A stretch of DNA of 64,000 nt, from the IMG/VR virus record IMGVR_UViG_3300033562_001302; one strand, written 5' to 3'. Origin of the DNA: an uncultured virus (IMG/VR IMGVR_UViG_3300033562_001302) (Duplodnaviria > Heunggongvirae > Uroviricota > Caudoviricetes). The position numbers and the translations under genes are program-made. Below, in pieces: positions 1 to 9,585 of this stretch. The notes beneath the pieces are model-generated. The model saw only the letters and a list, made by a program, of their open reading frames with translations, had not been told where the DNA came from and made no database searches. Numbering within the stretch: position 1 is the first letter of the stretch; each line of letters begins with the position of its first letter.

Positions 1-232
1 CCTTTCCTAAGTAATCTTTGTTCATTCCATACCAACCATAAATCATTATACAAATTCCTATAATTACCAAATCCATAGATATTATTTCAAACAATAAACT
101 CCATCCAGGATAATTTAATTGATTAACATTAAAGACTCTTTGTGCTTCAAATAAATCAAAATAACTAACCAGTTCATGTAATAATAAATTAGCTGCTAAA
201 AAAACAATAACAATTAAAAATTGTTTTAACAT
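1..232 (-). CDS. small membrane protein, partial (runs off window start)
   Basis: Hand-translated from ATG at 232: MLKQFLIVIVFLAANLLLHELVSYFDLFEAQRV..., hydrophobic; co-oriented with neighbours. Confidence 0.5.
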   Translation of the reverse strand, partial: MLKQFLIVIVFLAANLLLHELVSYFDLFEAQRVFNVNQLNYPGWSLLFEIISMDLVIIGICIMIYGWYGMNKDYLGK

Positions 233-252
233 TAATAATAGAACTTTTTTAT

Positions 253-534
253 TTAAGTACACCATTTTATTTTTCCTTCCGTTATAAAATAATGAGATTT
301 ACATGGATATCTAAAATTACCAATACTTGGAGATAAAGATACTTTATCTGTAATAGTTAACGCCCAAGATTTATCATCTCCAAATGGAGTAACTACATCT
401 ACTCCACAACCACAAGCACATTTATGAACAGTAACTGAATAAGCATCACATATGTATAAAATTCCAAATTTTTTATCTTTTGGGATAAAATCTACTAATC
501 GATAATCGATTTCATATAGTTTAGCATCTTCCAT
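253..534 (-). CDS. DUF6527-family protein
   Basis: HKCACGCG..VVTP..W..LSPSIGN..PCKSHYFI..G.I.W pattern recognised as DUF6527. Confidence 0.75.
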   Translation of the reverse strand: MEDAKLYEIDYRLVDFIPKDKKFGILYICDAYSVTVHKCACGCGVDVVTPFGDDKSWALTITDKVSLSPSIGNFRYPCKSHYFITEGKIKWCT

Positions 535-829
535 GAAAATATCCTTTGATCATATTTTTAATATTATCAATATAATTATCTTTTATTTTAGTTGATTTGG
601 GAGTACATAACTTTGGTGTTTGTTCTCCATAATAACCTTGAATCATATTTTTAATATTTTCATCGTAAGTTTTGTCTGGTTTAGTTTTTAACAATTCATC
701 TTTATCACGAGTAGAAAACCCACAACCTTTACATTTATATATGATAAAATTTGGTTCATTATAATGACCCATAAAAACTTCTTCCTCTTTAATAATACCA
801 TTACATAAAGGACATTTTAACTTACTCAT
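521..829 (-). CDS. Zn-ribbon hypothetical protein
   Basis: CPLC...CKGC; internal repeat NIKNMI(Q/K)GY. Confidence 0.6.
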   Translation of the reverse strand: MSKLKCPLCNGIIKEEEVFMGHYNEPNFIIYKCKGCGFSTRDKDELLKTKPDKTYDENIKNMIQGYYGEQTPKLCTPKSTKIKDNYIDNIKNMIKGYFHGRC

Positions 830-1557
830 AATTCATCCTTATGATAAACTATTTCCTCTATAGCCAATACCGCTTCATCATGATTACAAAATTTTAATGT
901 ATCCACTTCTGTATTAGCAATATTTAATTCTATAAAATGAAAAAAATTCGTCGAATTTGTAATACAATTATCTTCGAAATCTGGATATTGTTCTAAAAAT
1001 AGTTTATGATCTTCAGTTTTTAAAAAACATTTATAATAAAATTCGCCATATCTTATAAAATTTGGTACATTATCATAATAATTTTTAACCATTACATCTT
1101 TTAAACTATCATCATTAGAATATAAAATTACACCTTCAATACTGTACAATATTGCTTTTATCTTTTCTATTTCTTTTATTCTTTTTTCCGCTTGTCCTTT
1201 TGTATCACAAATACAAACATTAGCAAAATTAAAATCATCATAATAATGATAACCACTTGTTATTAAATATTTTTTTTCTTGTTGTTCTGAATCACTAGAA
1301 CTAGTATTCTCTTTTACCTTATTTAGTAAGTCTAATTCTACTAATTTTGTATAAGCTACACTACCAACTTGACATACACTACAATTTTCTTTATTTAAAA
1401 GAGCACCATCAAATAACAAGGATCGTATATCGTTGATAGCGTCTAAATTAGACGCTATCTCATTTGCTACGAATCTATCTATGGTTTTATCTTTTTTATC
1501 ATTTAATAGTGATGTATACTCATCAATAATGTTCTTCATGTCTTGAATGTTCTTCAT
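826..1557 (-). CDS. hypothetical protein
   Basis: 243-aa ORF overlapping neighbours in operon. Confidence 0.6.
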   Translation of the reverse strand: MKNIQDMKNIIDEYTSLLNDKKDKTIDRFVANEIASNLDAINDIRSLLFDGALLNKENCSVCQVGSVAYTKLVELDLLNKVKENTSSSDSEQQEKKYLITSGYHYYDDFNFANVCICDTKGQAEKRIKEIEKIKAILYSIEGVILYSNDDSLKDVMVKNYYDNVPNFIRYGEFYYKCFLKTEDHKLFLEQYPDFEDNCITNSTNFFHFIELNIANTEVDTLKFCNHDEAVLAIEEIVYHKDEL

Positions 1558-2137
1558 GGTTATCCTTTACTTTCATTGATTCATATATTTCAAAATTTAC
1601 TTCTTTAAAAGGTGATTTATTTTTAATTTCAGAAATAGTATCATCTATACCTTTATTGATATAATCTTTTAAAGATATCATCTTTTCTTCTTCTACACTA
1701 TAAACCTTATCAATATACCCTTGTAGAATTCTAAGAGTTGTATAATCATTACTGGTAATGATTTTTAGTCTAACTCTGTTTCTAATAAATGATTCTAGTA
1801 ATAACGATGAATGAAAAAAGTCCAACGTTGCAGTTGGTTCATCCATAATTAAAAAATCTTGATCTTCATCTACCAAATCACTTAATTGATCAAACAATGA
1901 TTCTCCACTTGATAAAATATGAGCCATAATCCCTTTATTGTATTCATCTTGATTAAAAACATCTGGTTGTGAAAACTGTCTATTATTATTAACTGTATAA
2001 TATTTTTTAACACCTAATATTTTTACAATTTGTCTTACTAGCGTTGTTTTCCCAGAACCATTTGCACCAACAATAATTAATGAAAAATTATCATCGCTAT
2101 TCAATTTTGTAATTTTTTCTAATAATTTTTTATGCAT
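1523..2137 (-). CDS. minimal ABC-type ATPase
   Basis: Walker A GANGSGKT, signature LSSGE, Walker B/D-loop LIMDEPTATLD; H-loop His replaced (TSND). Confidence 0.8.
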   Translation of the reverse strand: MHKKLLEKITKLNSDDNFSLIIVGANGSGKTTLVRQIVKILGVKKYYTVNNNRQFSQPDVFNQDEYNKGIMAHILSSGESLFDQLSDLVDEDQDFLIMDEPTATLDFFHSSLLLESFIRNRVRLKIITSNDYTTLRILQGYIDKVYSVEEEKMISLKDYINKGIDDTISEIKNKSPFKEVNFEIYESMKVKDNHEEHSRHEEHY

Positions 2138-2336
2138 TGTTATCCTCTCTTTTAATTCGAATATAAGACCATATAGTTTTATATATGAACATACTTATTA
2201 AAAAGACAATTATTTCCACATGTTTCATTGGTTCGTTTGTTAATTCAGAAATTATATACCAAAATACAAATAACACTAAAGCCATAAATAAAAAATCAAT
2301 ATTTTTAAAATCGTTATCTTCTAAAGCTTCTTTCAT
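2130..2336 (-). CDS. small two-TM membrane protein
   Basis: Two hydrophobic segments. Confidence 0.6.
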   Translation of the reverse strand: MKEALEDNDFKNIDFLFMALVLFVFWYIISELTNEPMKHVEIIVFLISMFIYKTIWSYIRIKREDNNA

Positions 2337-2349
2337 ATTCGCCCCTAAT

Positions 2350-2790
2350 TTAATGATTGCTTATTTCGATATGTGGAAGATTATAAAAAACATCACTATG
2401 TTCTAAATAACCTTCACCATCATTATCGCTATAACAAAATATTTTAATATCATCCCCACTATTTTCATTTACAAAATCCTCAGCCTCTTTTTTTGCTAAT
2501 CTTTTCATACATTCTTCATTACCATTACAATTAAGATAGTGGCTATATTTTAATCTTGCTTCTATTTCAGTAGCTTCTAAATTTTTAGCAGAAGAATAAT
2601 CTGTATATAATATATAGATAGCTTCTTCTCCAGAGTGTTCTTTTCTATAACCTGAATCTACAAATTCATCAATAGAACAGTTACCCAGTACTATTTTTTT
2701 AAATTCTTCCAATGAATTAATATTCTTTGGAAAAGCAACAATAAAACTACTTGAGCTTGAGTTACTTACAAATCCATTTCTTTTTTTCAT
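2350..2790 (-). CDS. MKKRNGFVSNSSSSSF-motif protein (paralog 1)
   Basis: N-terminal motif shared with 3717-4241 and 6091-6486; C-terminal YSD..G..LEH..F.NL.H..IS.H shared with 3717-4241. Confidence 0.75.
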   Translation of the reverse strand: MKKRNGFVSNSSSSSFIVAFPKNINSLEEFKKIVLGNCSIDEFVDSGYRKEHSGEEAIYILYTDYSSAKNLEATEIEARLKYSHYLNCNGNEECMKRLAKKEAEDFVNENSGDDIKIFCYSDNDGEGYLEHSDVFYNLPHIEISNH

Positions 2791-2791
2791 A

Positions 2792-3394
2792 TTATTTTCT
2801 TTTCCCCTTATTATTCATAGCCATAATTCTTTTATGGTGATTTCTCGATACACCTTGTGGTGGACAATTATGTAAACCATCATTGAAATCAGATGCATCT
2901 ATATCAGATAAATATTTTTCATGTTCTAACTCTTTACCATTTAATTGCATCATTAACTCTTGTAGTTCATCACCTGAATACATCCCTTGTTTATAATTAG
3001 TAATATGAAAATCAGGCAAAGCTGCTCGCACAGCTTCATGTAAACCTATAGTGCCTCGACCTGGAGCAAAAGCAATTGTAACTCCTCTTTCTTGATCACA
3101 ATGTTTCATTACATTATTTAAACCTAAGCCATAATATTCATCTCTATCTGTCATTATATGTATAGGCTTCATCTCATTCATATACATATATCTATCATCA
3201 ATATCAACAACATGTTTGAATATAGAATCAGATAATTCTAATCTACTTATTTCTGGTTTTAACATCATCTCTTGTGGATACATAAATTTCCATTCATCAT
3301 CAACTACATCACTGGCATAAATTCTTTTTGAAGTTTGTTTAGCATTACCTGTTTGAAATTCACCTTCAATTACTGGTATAATATCTTCTTTCAT
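2792..3394 (-). CDS. hypothetical protein
   Basis: 200-aa ORF with SD; N-terminus weakly recalls T4 prohead protease start. Confidence 0.6.
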   Translation of the reverse strand: MKEDIIPVIEGEFQTGNAKQTSKRIYASDVVDDEWKFMYPQEMMLKPEISRLELSDSIFKHVVDIDDRYMYMNEMKPIHIMTDRDEYYGLGLNNVMKHCDQERGVTIAFAPGRGTIGLHEAVRAALPDFHITNYKQGMYSGDELQELMMQLNGKELEHEKYLSDIDASDFNDGLHNCPPQGVSRNHHKRIMAMNNKGKRK

Positions 3395-3549
3395 TTTCCA
3401 CCCCTTAATAATTTTTTTTGTGTTTGTTTGATAATTCTATCTACTTGTGTTTCTGGATAAGGAATATCCTTAACAACTGCTACATAAGTTTTCCCATGCG
3501 TACGGTGAACAGGCTCATGTGTAACTATAGTTTTATATCTCTTTTTCAT
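3391..3549 (-). CDS. 52-aa basic microprotein (paralog of 3546-3707)
   Basis: Hand-translated MKKRYKTIVTHEPVHRTHGKTYVAVVKDIPYPETQVDRIIKQTQKKLLRGGK; ATGA overlaps at both ends. Confidence 0.65.
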   Translation of the reverse strand: MKKRYKTIVTHEPVHRTHGKTYVAVVKDIPYPETQVDRIIKQTQKKLLRGGK

Positions 3550-3707
3550 TTCCCACCTCTTAACATTTTTCTTTCAGATTTCAGTCTTATATGATCAACA
3601 ACTGATTCCTTAACCATTAATCTTTTCCACACTTTTATGTATGTAACACCAAAATATGGATGTCTCGTAACTTCTGTAACTTGTTTCCATCTGTATCTAT
3701 GTTGCAT
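3546..3707 (-). CDS. 53-aa basic microprotein (paralog of 3391-3549)
   Basis: Hand-translated MQHRYRWKQVTEVTRHPYFGVTYIKVWKRLMVKESVVDHIRLKSERKMLRGGK; AAGGAG SD upstream. Confidence 0.65.
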   Translation of the reverse strand: MQHRYRWKQVTEVTRHPYFGVTYIKVWKRLMVKESVVDHIRLKSERKMLRGGK

Positions 3708-3716
3708 AATTTCTCC

Positions 3717-4241
3717 TTAATGATGCGAAATTCTTTCATGTTCTAAATTTCTGAAAATATCTCCGTGCTCTAAATCACCATCTGATCCTTCATCACTGTA
3801 TGAAAATTTAACAGTATATGTAGTTGAAGTATTTACTGTATTTTCTGCATCTTCTATTTTTTGTAAAATATCTTTACAAAATAATTTTAGAATATCAACT
3901 TCTTGTAATTTACCATTATACCTATCCATATAATCACAATTTTTATAAACAAACTCAACAAAATAATCACTAAGTTTATTTGCATAATCACATGTATCAT
4001 CAACTAAATCAATATCATAATTTGGAAATAAGACTGAATCAATTATTGAAGGATTATCTAATTTTGATTCTAGATCACCCCATACTCTATTGATAACATG
4101 ATCTTGTCCTCTAGTGTAACCAAGTGGATGACATTCACCCATCATCTCTGCCAACTCTTCTTTACTTTCTGGCTTCTTTGGAAAAGTAACAATAAAACTA
4201 CTTGAGCTTGAGTTACTTACAAATCCATTTCTTTTTTTCAT
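3717..4241 (-). CDS. MKKRNGFVSNSSSSSF-motif protein (paralog 2)
   Basis: First ~60 nt nearly identical to those of 2350-2790. Confidence 0.75.
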   Translation of the reverse strand: MKKRNGFVSNSSSSSFIVTFPKKPESKEELAEMMGECHPLGYTRGQDHVINRVWGDLESKLDNPSIIDSVLFPNYDIDLVDDTCDYANKLSDYFVEFVYKNCDYMDRYNGKLQEVDILKLFCKDILQKIEDAENTVNTSTTYTVKFSYSDEGSDGDLEHGDIFRNLEHERISHH

Positions 4242-4258
4242 ATTTATCCCTTAAATTT

Positions 4259-4657
4259 TTATTCTAATGATGCATGATTATTACACTGCATCCCTTGTTC
4301 TGTAAATGTTAATGATTTATTTAGGAAATTAGATACAACTTTTTTAAAATTTGTATCATTATAAATATTCCAAGTTCTATCATGTTCACATATTACATAA
4401 ATACTTAACAATGATAATTCTTTTTTTATAATTTCTAAATCAATTAAATCTAAATTATCCTTATATCTATTAAAAAAAGATATATTATTTAAATATTCAC
4501 TATTATCATCAGTAATATTTATAATAATTCTTATCTCATTAATAGTTGCATCGCCTTCTAATTTAGACCAACCATCTCCCGATAAAATAACTTCTAATTC
4601 AATATCCGTTATAGTTATCTCTAATTCATCATTGCAAAACTCACTAAAAATTTCCAT
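4259..4657 (-). CDS. hypothetical protein
   Basis: 132-aa ORF with SD. Confidence 0.6.
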   Translation of the reverse strand: MEIFSEFCNDELEITITDIELEVILSGDGWSKLEGDATINEIRIIINITDDNSEYLNNISFFNRYKDNLDLIDLEIIKKELSLLSIYVICEHDRTWNIYNDTNFKKVVSNFLNKSLTFTEQGMQCNNHASLE

Positions 4658-4671
4658 AATTTTTCCTTGAT

Positions 4672-5325
4672 CTATTTTTTACAAGTCATCTTTATACAAT
4701 TATTAATCATATAAAAATTACAATCATTTATATTAAGTTTTCTCAAATATGTATCAACTAAACCGTAACCTATAAATCCATCAAACCACCCAAAAACAAC
4801 TGTATATTCTGTTTCTGTTTCACTCATAGATACATCTCTATCAACTATATCATAATTAAAGAAAAATTCACCAAAATCAACACCCTTTGAGTTAAGCACT
4901 ATTTCAAAATTGTTATAAATTAAATCAAGCATCTTTCTAAAATCTTCTTGATAATCATGATCACCAATTAAGTCAATCAATTCAATTAACTTTTTACCTT
5001 TTGGTAACTCATCAATAACAATATTTATACTATCTGTAAATTTTATCTCAAGTAATGCTATTTCATATTGAGTCGTTTTTAATCCTTGTTTCTCAACATC
5101 CAATAATGCTTGCAATTGAACTTTATCAATTTTGATACAATCCATTAAATCTTTCCAAACATTATGATAAATTTTATAACCATCATTAAATTCAATTGCA
5201 TTTAATGATGTTTCTGGTTTTAACAATTTTTCATAAGCATCTATTGTATTATTATGTGATTCTAATTTATTTTCTAAATTAATTATCTCAGTTCTGATCT
5301 CTTTTAGATTCATAATGTTCTCCAA
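4672..5325 (-). CDS. hypothetical protein, N-terminal coiled coil
   Basis: 217-aa ORF. Confidence 0.6.
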   Translation of the reverse strand: MENIMNLKEIRTEIINLENKLESHNNTIDAYEKLLKPETSLNAIEFNDGYKIYHNVWKDLMDCIKIDKVQLQALLDVEKQGLKTTQYEIALLEIKFTDSINIVIDELPKGKKLIELIDLIGDHDYQEDFRKMLDLIYNNFEIVLNSKGVDFGEFFFNYDIVDRDVSMSETETEYTVVFGWFDGFIGYGLVDTYLRKLNINDCNFYMINNCIKMTCKK

Positions 5326-6089
5326 TCACTTTCGAAATTATCAACACCTGTATGGTATTTAATACATTTCTTTTGGAACTCTTCACTATACTCAACAGAA
5401 AAATCGCTACGACAAGCATGAAAATTTCTTGAAGGTGCATCCCAGACACTATAGTCGTGGAAGTATAAAGATTTAAGTTTTGGTCTTAATTTTTCATCTT
5501 GATAATTTTTCAAAATTAAATTCACATGTCTTTCTATATTATGATTAGCTTTTGTATCACCACTAATGAAAATTACTTCATCTTTCATCGCTATTAATAA
5601 ACCATAACAATCACGTCTCCCATGATAAGCACTTACCATATAACAAAAAACTTCATTATTAATAGTAAAAGATGGAAGTATACGACTAGATTCTATATTG
5701 TAAGATCTGTTTATAAGAATATTAACTATTGTAGTTTCTTCTATAAGACCACCAACCATAAGCTTATTTATATCAGTTGCTTCAAAATTTAATATATATG
5801 GTCCACTAAAAAGATTAACAACTACTTTATTTTTAAAAAATTGCCAATAAATAAAGGTTTGTATACTACCAATATGATCTTCATCATTATGTGATATATA
5901 AACATGTTTGATATCTTTAATTAAAAATTCTTCCTTCTCTTCTCCTTTAATTAAACGCTCCATAATATTAAAACCACAATCAAATAAAATATATTCATGT
6001 TTATCTTTTACACCAATATCAATTAAAAAAGCACTGTTTGTTAAAAGAGGATTTAATCCTCCACCATTTCCAAGTTGTAAAATTCTCAT
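5310..6089 (-). CDS. metallo-beta-lactamase-fold hydrolase (RNase Z/Apyc1-like)
   Basis: LG.GG start, LFDCG, SHNDEDH (HxHxDH variant), YHG, SGDT, FHD, YH motifs. Confidence 0.8.
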   Translation of the reverse strand: MRILQLGNGGGLNPLLTNSAFLIDIGVKDKHEYILFDCGFNIMERLIKGEEKEEFLIKDIKHVYISHNDEDHIGSIQTFIYWQFFKNKVVVNLFSGPYILNFEATDINKLMVGGLIEETTIVNILINRSYNIESSRILPSFTINNEVFCYMVSAYHGRRDCYGLLIAMKDEVIFISGDTKANHNIERHVNLILKNYQDEKLRPKLKSLYFHDYSVWDAPSRNFHACRSDFSVEYSEEFQKKCIKYHTGVDNFESDWRTL

Positions 6090-6090
6090 A

Positions 6091-6486
6091 TTAATTCTCC
6101 CTCATAGCTTTATATTCACAATAATCTTGTAAAGACATATTTTTATCCATCGCTTCAAATCTTAAAATTTCGTCAGGATCTTCTTCTTTTTGTCCTGCAA
6201 TATTTTTAATATATTGTGAAGCACCATATTCATCTCCAAAGAATCTTACGGTGATATTTCGATCAAAACAAAAGTCATCCATCTTCCAATTATCCATAGA
6301 TGTTTCACCAATGATGTATTTTTCAGTTTCTGAAAAATATATATTCCAAGAATCTTCTGGCTTACCATATTTTTTATGCGCTGAATGTGAAATAATTTCT
6401 ACAAATTGTTCTTCTGTTAAAGCACTTGTTTTAATAATAAAACTACTACTAGAACTATTACTTACAAAACCATTTCTTTTTTTCAT
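6091..6486 (-). CDS. MKKRNGFVSNSSSSSF-motif protein (paralog 3)
   Basis: Same N-terminal 17 aa, unrelated remainder. Confidence 0.75.
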   Translation of the reverse strand: MKKRNGFVSNSSSSSFIIKTSALTEEQFVEIISHSAHKKYGKPEDSWNIYFSETEKYIIGETSMDNWKMDDFCFDRNITVRFFGDEYGASQYIKNIAGQKEEDPDEILRFEAMDKNMSLQDYCEYKAMREN

Positions 6487-6755
6487 AATTCTCTCCCTTC
6501 AAATTTTAGTTTGAATTTTTTAATTTTTTCAAAATTGTTGATAGCATATGTAGGAATATATGCTACAAAATAACCTATATATAATAAACTTATACCAATT
6601 ACTAACACCCAAGAAAAAAAGCTAAGGATAACTGCCATTTCAAAATGCACTATCCATCTTTCATATAAAAACTTGGTATTTAAAATATATATTAAACCAA
6701 AGCTGATGCAATAACCAACAACATAAATAATTGTATATAATAATACATCCATCAT
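6483..6755 (-). CDS. two-TM membrane protein
   Basis: Two long hydrophobic stretches. Confidence 0.65.
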   Translation of the reverse strand: MMDVLLYTIIYVVGYCISFGLIYILNTKFLYERWIVHFEMAVILSFFSWVLVIGISLLYIGYFVAYIPTYAINNFEKIKKFKLKFEGREL

Positions 6756-6786
6756 AATTTTTCCTTTATAATCCTTCTATCCGCTT

Positions 6787-7008
6787 CTATCTTATAATGT
6801 CTATAATTACATTAACTTCTTTTACATACCATCTTGCAATTCGATGATATGATTTAGAAGAAGTTGTATCTGTATTTATATATTTATCAATAGTAGCTCG
6901 AGCTTCCTCTTCTATATATTCGATACTATCTGTTTCATCACAACCACTTAAAATGGTTTGCAATATTACAGCGTTATCATTATCAAGAACAACTAATTCA
7001 TATTTCAT
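6787..7008 (-). CDS. hypothetical protein
   Basis: 73-aa ORF, coupled to upstream gene. Confidence 0.55.
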   Translation of the reverse strand: MKYELVVLDNDNAVILQTILSGCDETDSIEYIEEEARATIDKYINTDTTSSKSYHRIARWYVKEVNVIIDIIR

Positions 7009-7607
7009 TAATCCTCCTTATTTATTTCATCAATCAATTTCATTACATCATTGTAAGATACTTTTGGTGTAAGAGATCTATTTGCAAAAGACCAACTTGG
7101 TTGTCCAAGTTCTCCTGTACATAATCTATATTTAAATAGACCTCTTTCTTTTGAAACAACTGTTTCTATACCTATTGAAAAGTTTACAACATAAACGCCT
7201 TCTGAATTTTCTTCACATTCAGTACTTGTCCAATACACATCATTTTCAAAACCAAATTCATCAATTAAACCCAATTCACCTACAGCATGAAGTTCATTTT
7301 TAGTTGGTAATCTCCATTTATAAGTAATTTTTTTAATTGGATTGTCTTCATGTTCTGCATCAATTTTTCGAATAATTAATTCTTTGACAAATTCTTGAAA
7401 TTGTTCTACTAAATGAAATTCAAATTTTTTCCAAGCACCAGAAAGAATTAATAAATCAAGTAATTCTTCTGTATCCGATAATGCTTCATTTTTTACGGCT
7501 GTATCAGAAAATCTCCAATAAATCTTTTTAATAGTTTTTACCAATTCTTCATTAGATAAAGAATCAGCACCATACTCGTATTTTTTTAACACAAATGGTA
7601 TTCTCAT
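7008..7607 (-). CDS. DUF1566/Lcl-like domain protein
   Basis: WRLPTKNEL...YWTSTE motif; paralog of 7610-8212. Confidence 0.7.
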   Translation of the reverse strand: MRIPFVLKKYEYGADSLSNEELVKTIKKIYWRFSDTAVKNEALSDTEELLDLLILSGAWKKFEFHLVEQFQEFVKELIIRKIDAEHEDNPIKKITYKWRLPTKNELHAVGELGLIDEFGFENDVYWTSTECEENSEGVYVVNFSIGIETVVSKERGLFKYRLCTGELGQPSWSFANRSLTPKVSYNDVMKLIDEINKED

Positions 7608-7609
7608 TT

Positions 7610-8212
7610 TTACACCTTGTCACAATTTATTGTTGCTAATATTTTAACTACATCACTATACATTTTACTAGTTTGTAAACCAGCTGATGCAAACCATTGT
7701 AAACCAGTTGGTGTATCTTTGCAAAACATACCGTGGTAAAAACTTACATCACCATATATACTTTTTATATTACTATTCTCCATATTCACCAAAGAGACTA
7801 TTTCAGCGTATCGTCCATCTGGTACAACTTCACTTGTCCAATAATAATCTGGTTTAAAGTTATATGTTTTTACAGTCCCTTCTTGAATAACTTGTAATAG
7901 TTCATTAACAGTTGGTAATCTCCATTTAGATTCTTTTTTACCTCTTTGGCAACTATCTTCTCTTAAATGTCTAATTATATACTCTTTTACATATTCATGA
8001 AATTTTGCAACAATCATAAAATCAGTATATGATCTCCACAAACCTGAATCACATAATAGAAATAATAAATTCTCCAAATTATTTAAAAAATCATCTGTTA
8101 ATTCATCTGGACTAAATCTATTATATATAGTTCTAATCTTTTCTTTAAGTTCATCAAGTGATAATTTATCAGCTTCATACTCATACACTTCTAATTTATT
8201 TGGTATCTCCAT
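7610..8212 (-). CDS. DUF1566/Lcl-like domain protein
   Basis: WRLPTVNEL...YWTSE motif; shared N-terminal domain with 7008-7607. Confidence 0.7.
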   Translation of the reverse strand: MEIPNKLEVYEYEADKLSLDELKEKIRTIYNRFSPDELTDDFLNNLENLLFLLCDSGLWRSYTDFMIVAKFHEYVKEYIIRHLREDSCQRGKKESKWRLPTVNELLQVIQEGTVKTYNFKPDYYWTSEVVPDGRYAEIVSLVNMENSNIKSIYGDVSFYHGMFCKDTPTGLQWFASAGLQTSKMYSDVVKILATINCDKV

Positions 8213-8441
8213 TTTTTACTTCCTCCTCTTCTATCATTTTATTAAATTCGCTTTCATATATAGCCATTACAGCATTAGCATATACGAATTCAACATCCAC
8301 TACATCATCTACCATATACATATCATTTTTAATCTCAGCTGAATTTGAATCAATATAAATCTCTTCACAGCACTTTAACTTACCTATATCAATATCATCT
8401 TCTGATATATAATTTAGTTTAAATTCTTGTGACTTTTTCAT
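8196..8441 (-). CDS. acidic hypothetical protein
   Basis: 81-aa ORF in operon. Confidence 0.55.
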   Translation of the reverse strand: MKKSQEFKLNYISEDDIDIGKLKCCEEIYIDSNSAEIKNDMYMVDDVVDVEFVYANAVMAIYESEFNKMIEEEEVKNGDTK

Positions 8442-8449
8442 CCTAATCC

Positions 8450-9574
8450 TTATACATTATAGTATTGACAACCATTGCCACACGATACACATTTAGATGC
8501 TTCCATTCCAAATTCTAAAAATCTATCACCATTCCAAACTCTTTTAAGAAAATCATTACTATCTTTAATATCATTAATCATATCATAACCATCTTCTTTC
8601 TCCCAAAAGTTTTTAGTCCCTTCCATAAATGAACAAGGATATACTTTACCCATTTCTGAAATATAAAGAGAAAAGCTAGTGCTTTCACAAGGATCTGTGC
8701 ATTGTAACATTTCCTCTTCATTTTCTTTACCTTTAATAGCTTTCATGAACTTTGCACTAGAACAAGAATCAAATCCAAATGGCACTTCTTGGTCTATACA
8801 TTTTTCAACTAAGACTTGAAATTCTTCATCTGTAAGTCTTTCAAATGTTTCTCCTCTTCCTTTCTGTTTTAAAGAAAGAAATACAATAGCATTAAGTCCA
8901 GCTAATCTTGGATCAGTTTTTGTATCTTCTATTAACTCATCAATAGCAACTGCAGTTGAAGTCATAAGAGGAAAATGAATATTAACTTGTTTCATTCCTC
9001 TATCTGTTAATTTTTTAATACTATTATAACATACTTCTTTTCCTGCATGTTTATAAAATGATACAGCAACTGCACCAGCAAGTACTGATAAATTATCAGC
9101 CACTTCATCGCTAATATCAGCTACAGTTATATTTGGTACAACTTTATTATAATCATTACTTCTACAATATTCCATCATTTTAAATAAATCTGGATTTGTA
9201 AAACCACCAGCATCAGCACCAAAAGCAATTTGTGTTAATGTTTTTGGTATCTTATGAAAAATTGTTTTAAACTCTTCGAATGTCATATTGTGACCATTTT
9301 GATTATTGCTTTTATAACAAAACGAACATAGCTTACCAGCAGGTCCGTGACATATTGTGGTAATTTCGATATCTGCAATTTCTGGTCCAAAGAAAGACCT
9401 TTGTGGATTATTCTCTCTAGTTGCTCCCCATCTTTCAAAATAACCATCATTCTTATCGAAATTATAATTATAATTATCCGATCTGAAAATTTTAAAACTA
9501 TCTTTTTCAAATAGTTCATAATCTGGAGTTTTCTCTACTATTTTCAATTGTATTTCTCTATTATCTTGTAACAT
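8450..9574 (-). CDS. radical SAM enzyme with C-terminal Cys-rich (SPASM/twitch-like) region
   Basis: DIEITTICHGPAGKLCSFCY (CX7CX2C); C-terminal PCES..G.VYPCSF..W..CVSC..GC. Confidence 0.85.
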   Translation of the reverse strand: MLQDNREIQLKIVEKTPDYELFEKDSFKIFRSDNYNYNFDKNDGYFERWGATRENNPQRSFFGPEIADIEITTICHGPAGKLCSFCYKSNNQNGHNMTFEEFKTIFHKIPKTLTQIAFGADAGGFTNPDLFKMMEYCRSNDYNKVVPNITVADISDEVADNLSVLAGAVAVSFYKHAGKEVCYNSIKKLTDRGMKQVNIHFPLMTSTAVAIDELIEDTKTDPRLAGLNAIVFLSLKQKGRGETFERLTDEEFQVLVEKCIDQEVPFGFDSCSSAKFMKAIKGKENEEEMLQCTDPCESTSFSLYISEMGKVYPCSFMEGTKNFWEKEDGYDMINDIKDSNDFLKRVWNGDRFLEFGMEASKCVSCGNGCQYYNV

Positions 9575-9585
9575 TTATTTCTCCT

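Noticed and set aside
2792..3394. Prohead protease call from IEGEFQ..KRIY start
   Set aside because: Similarity limited to ~20 residues; no catalytic His/Ser motifs recognised.
7008..8212. Diversity-generating retroelement targeting the DUF1566 genes
   Set aside because: No reverse transcriptase or adenine-variant template repeat seen in the window.
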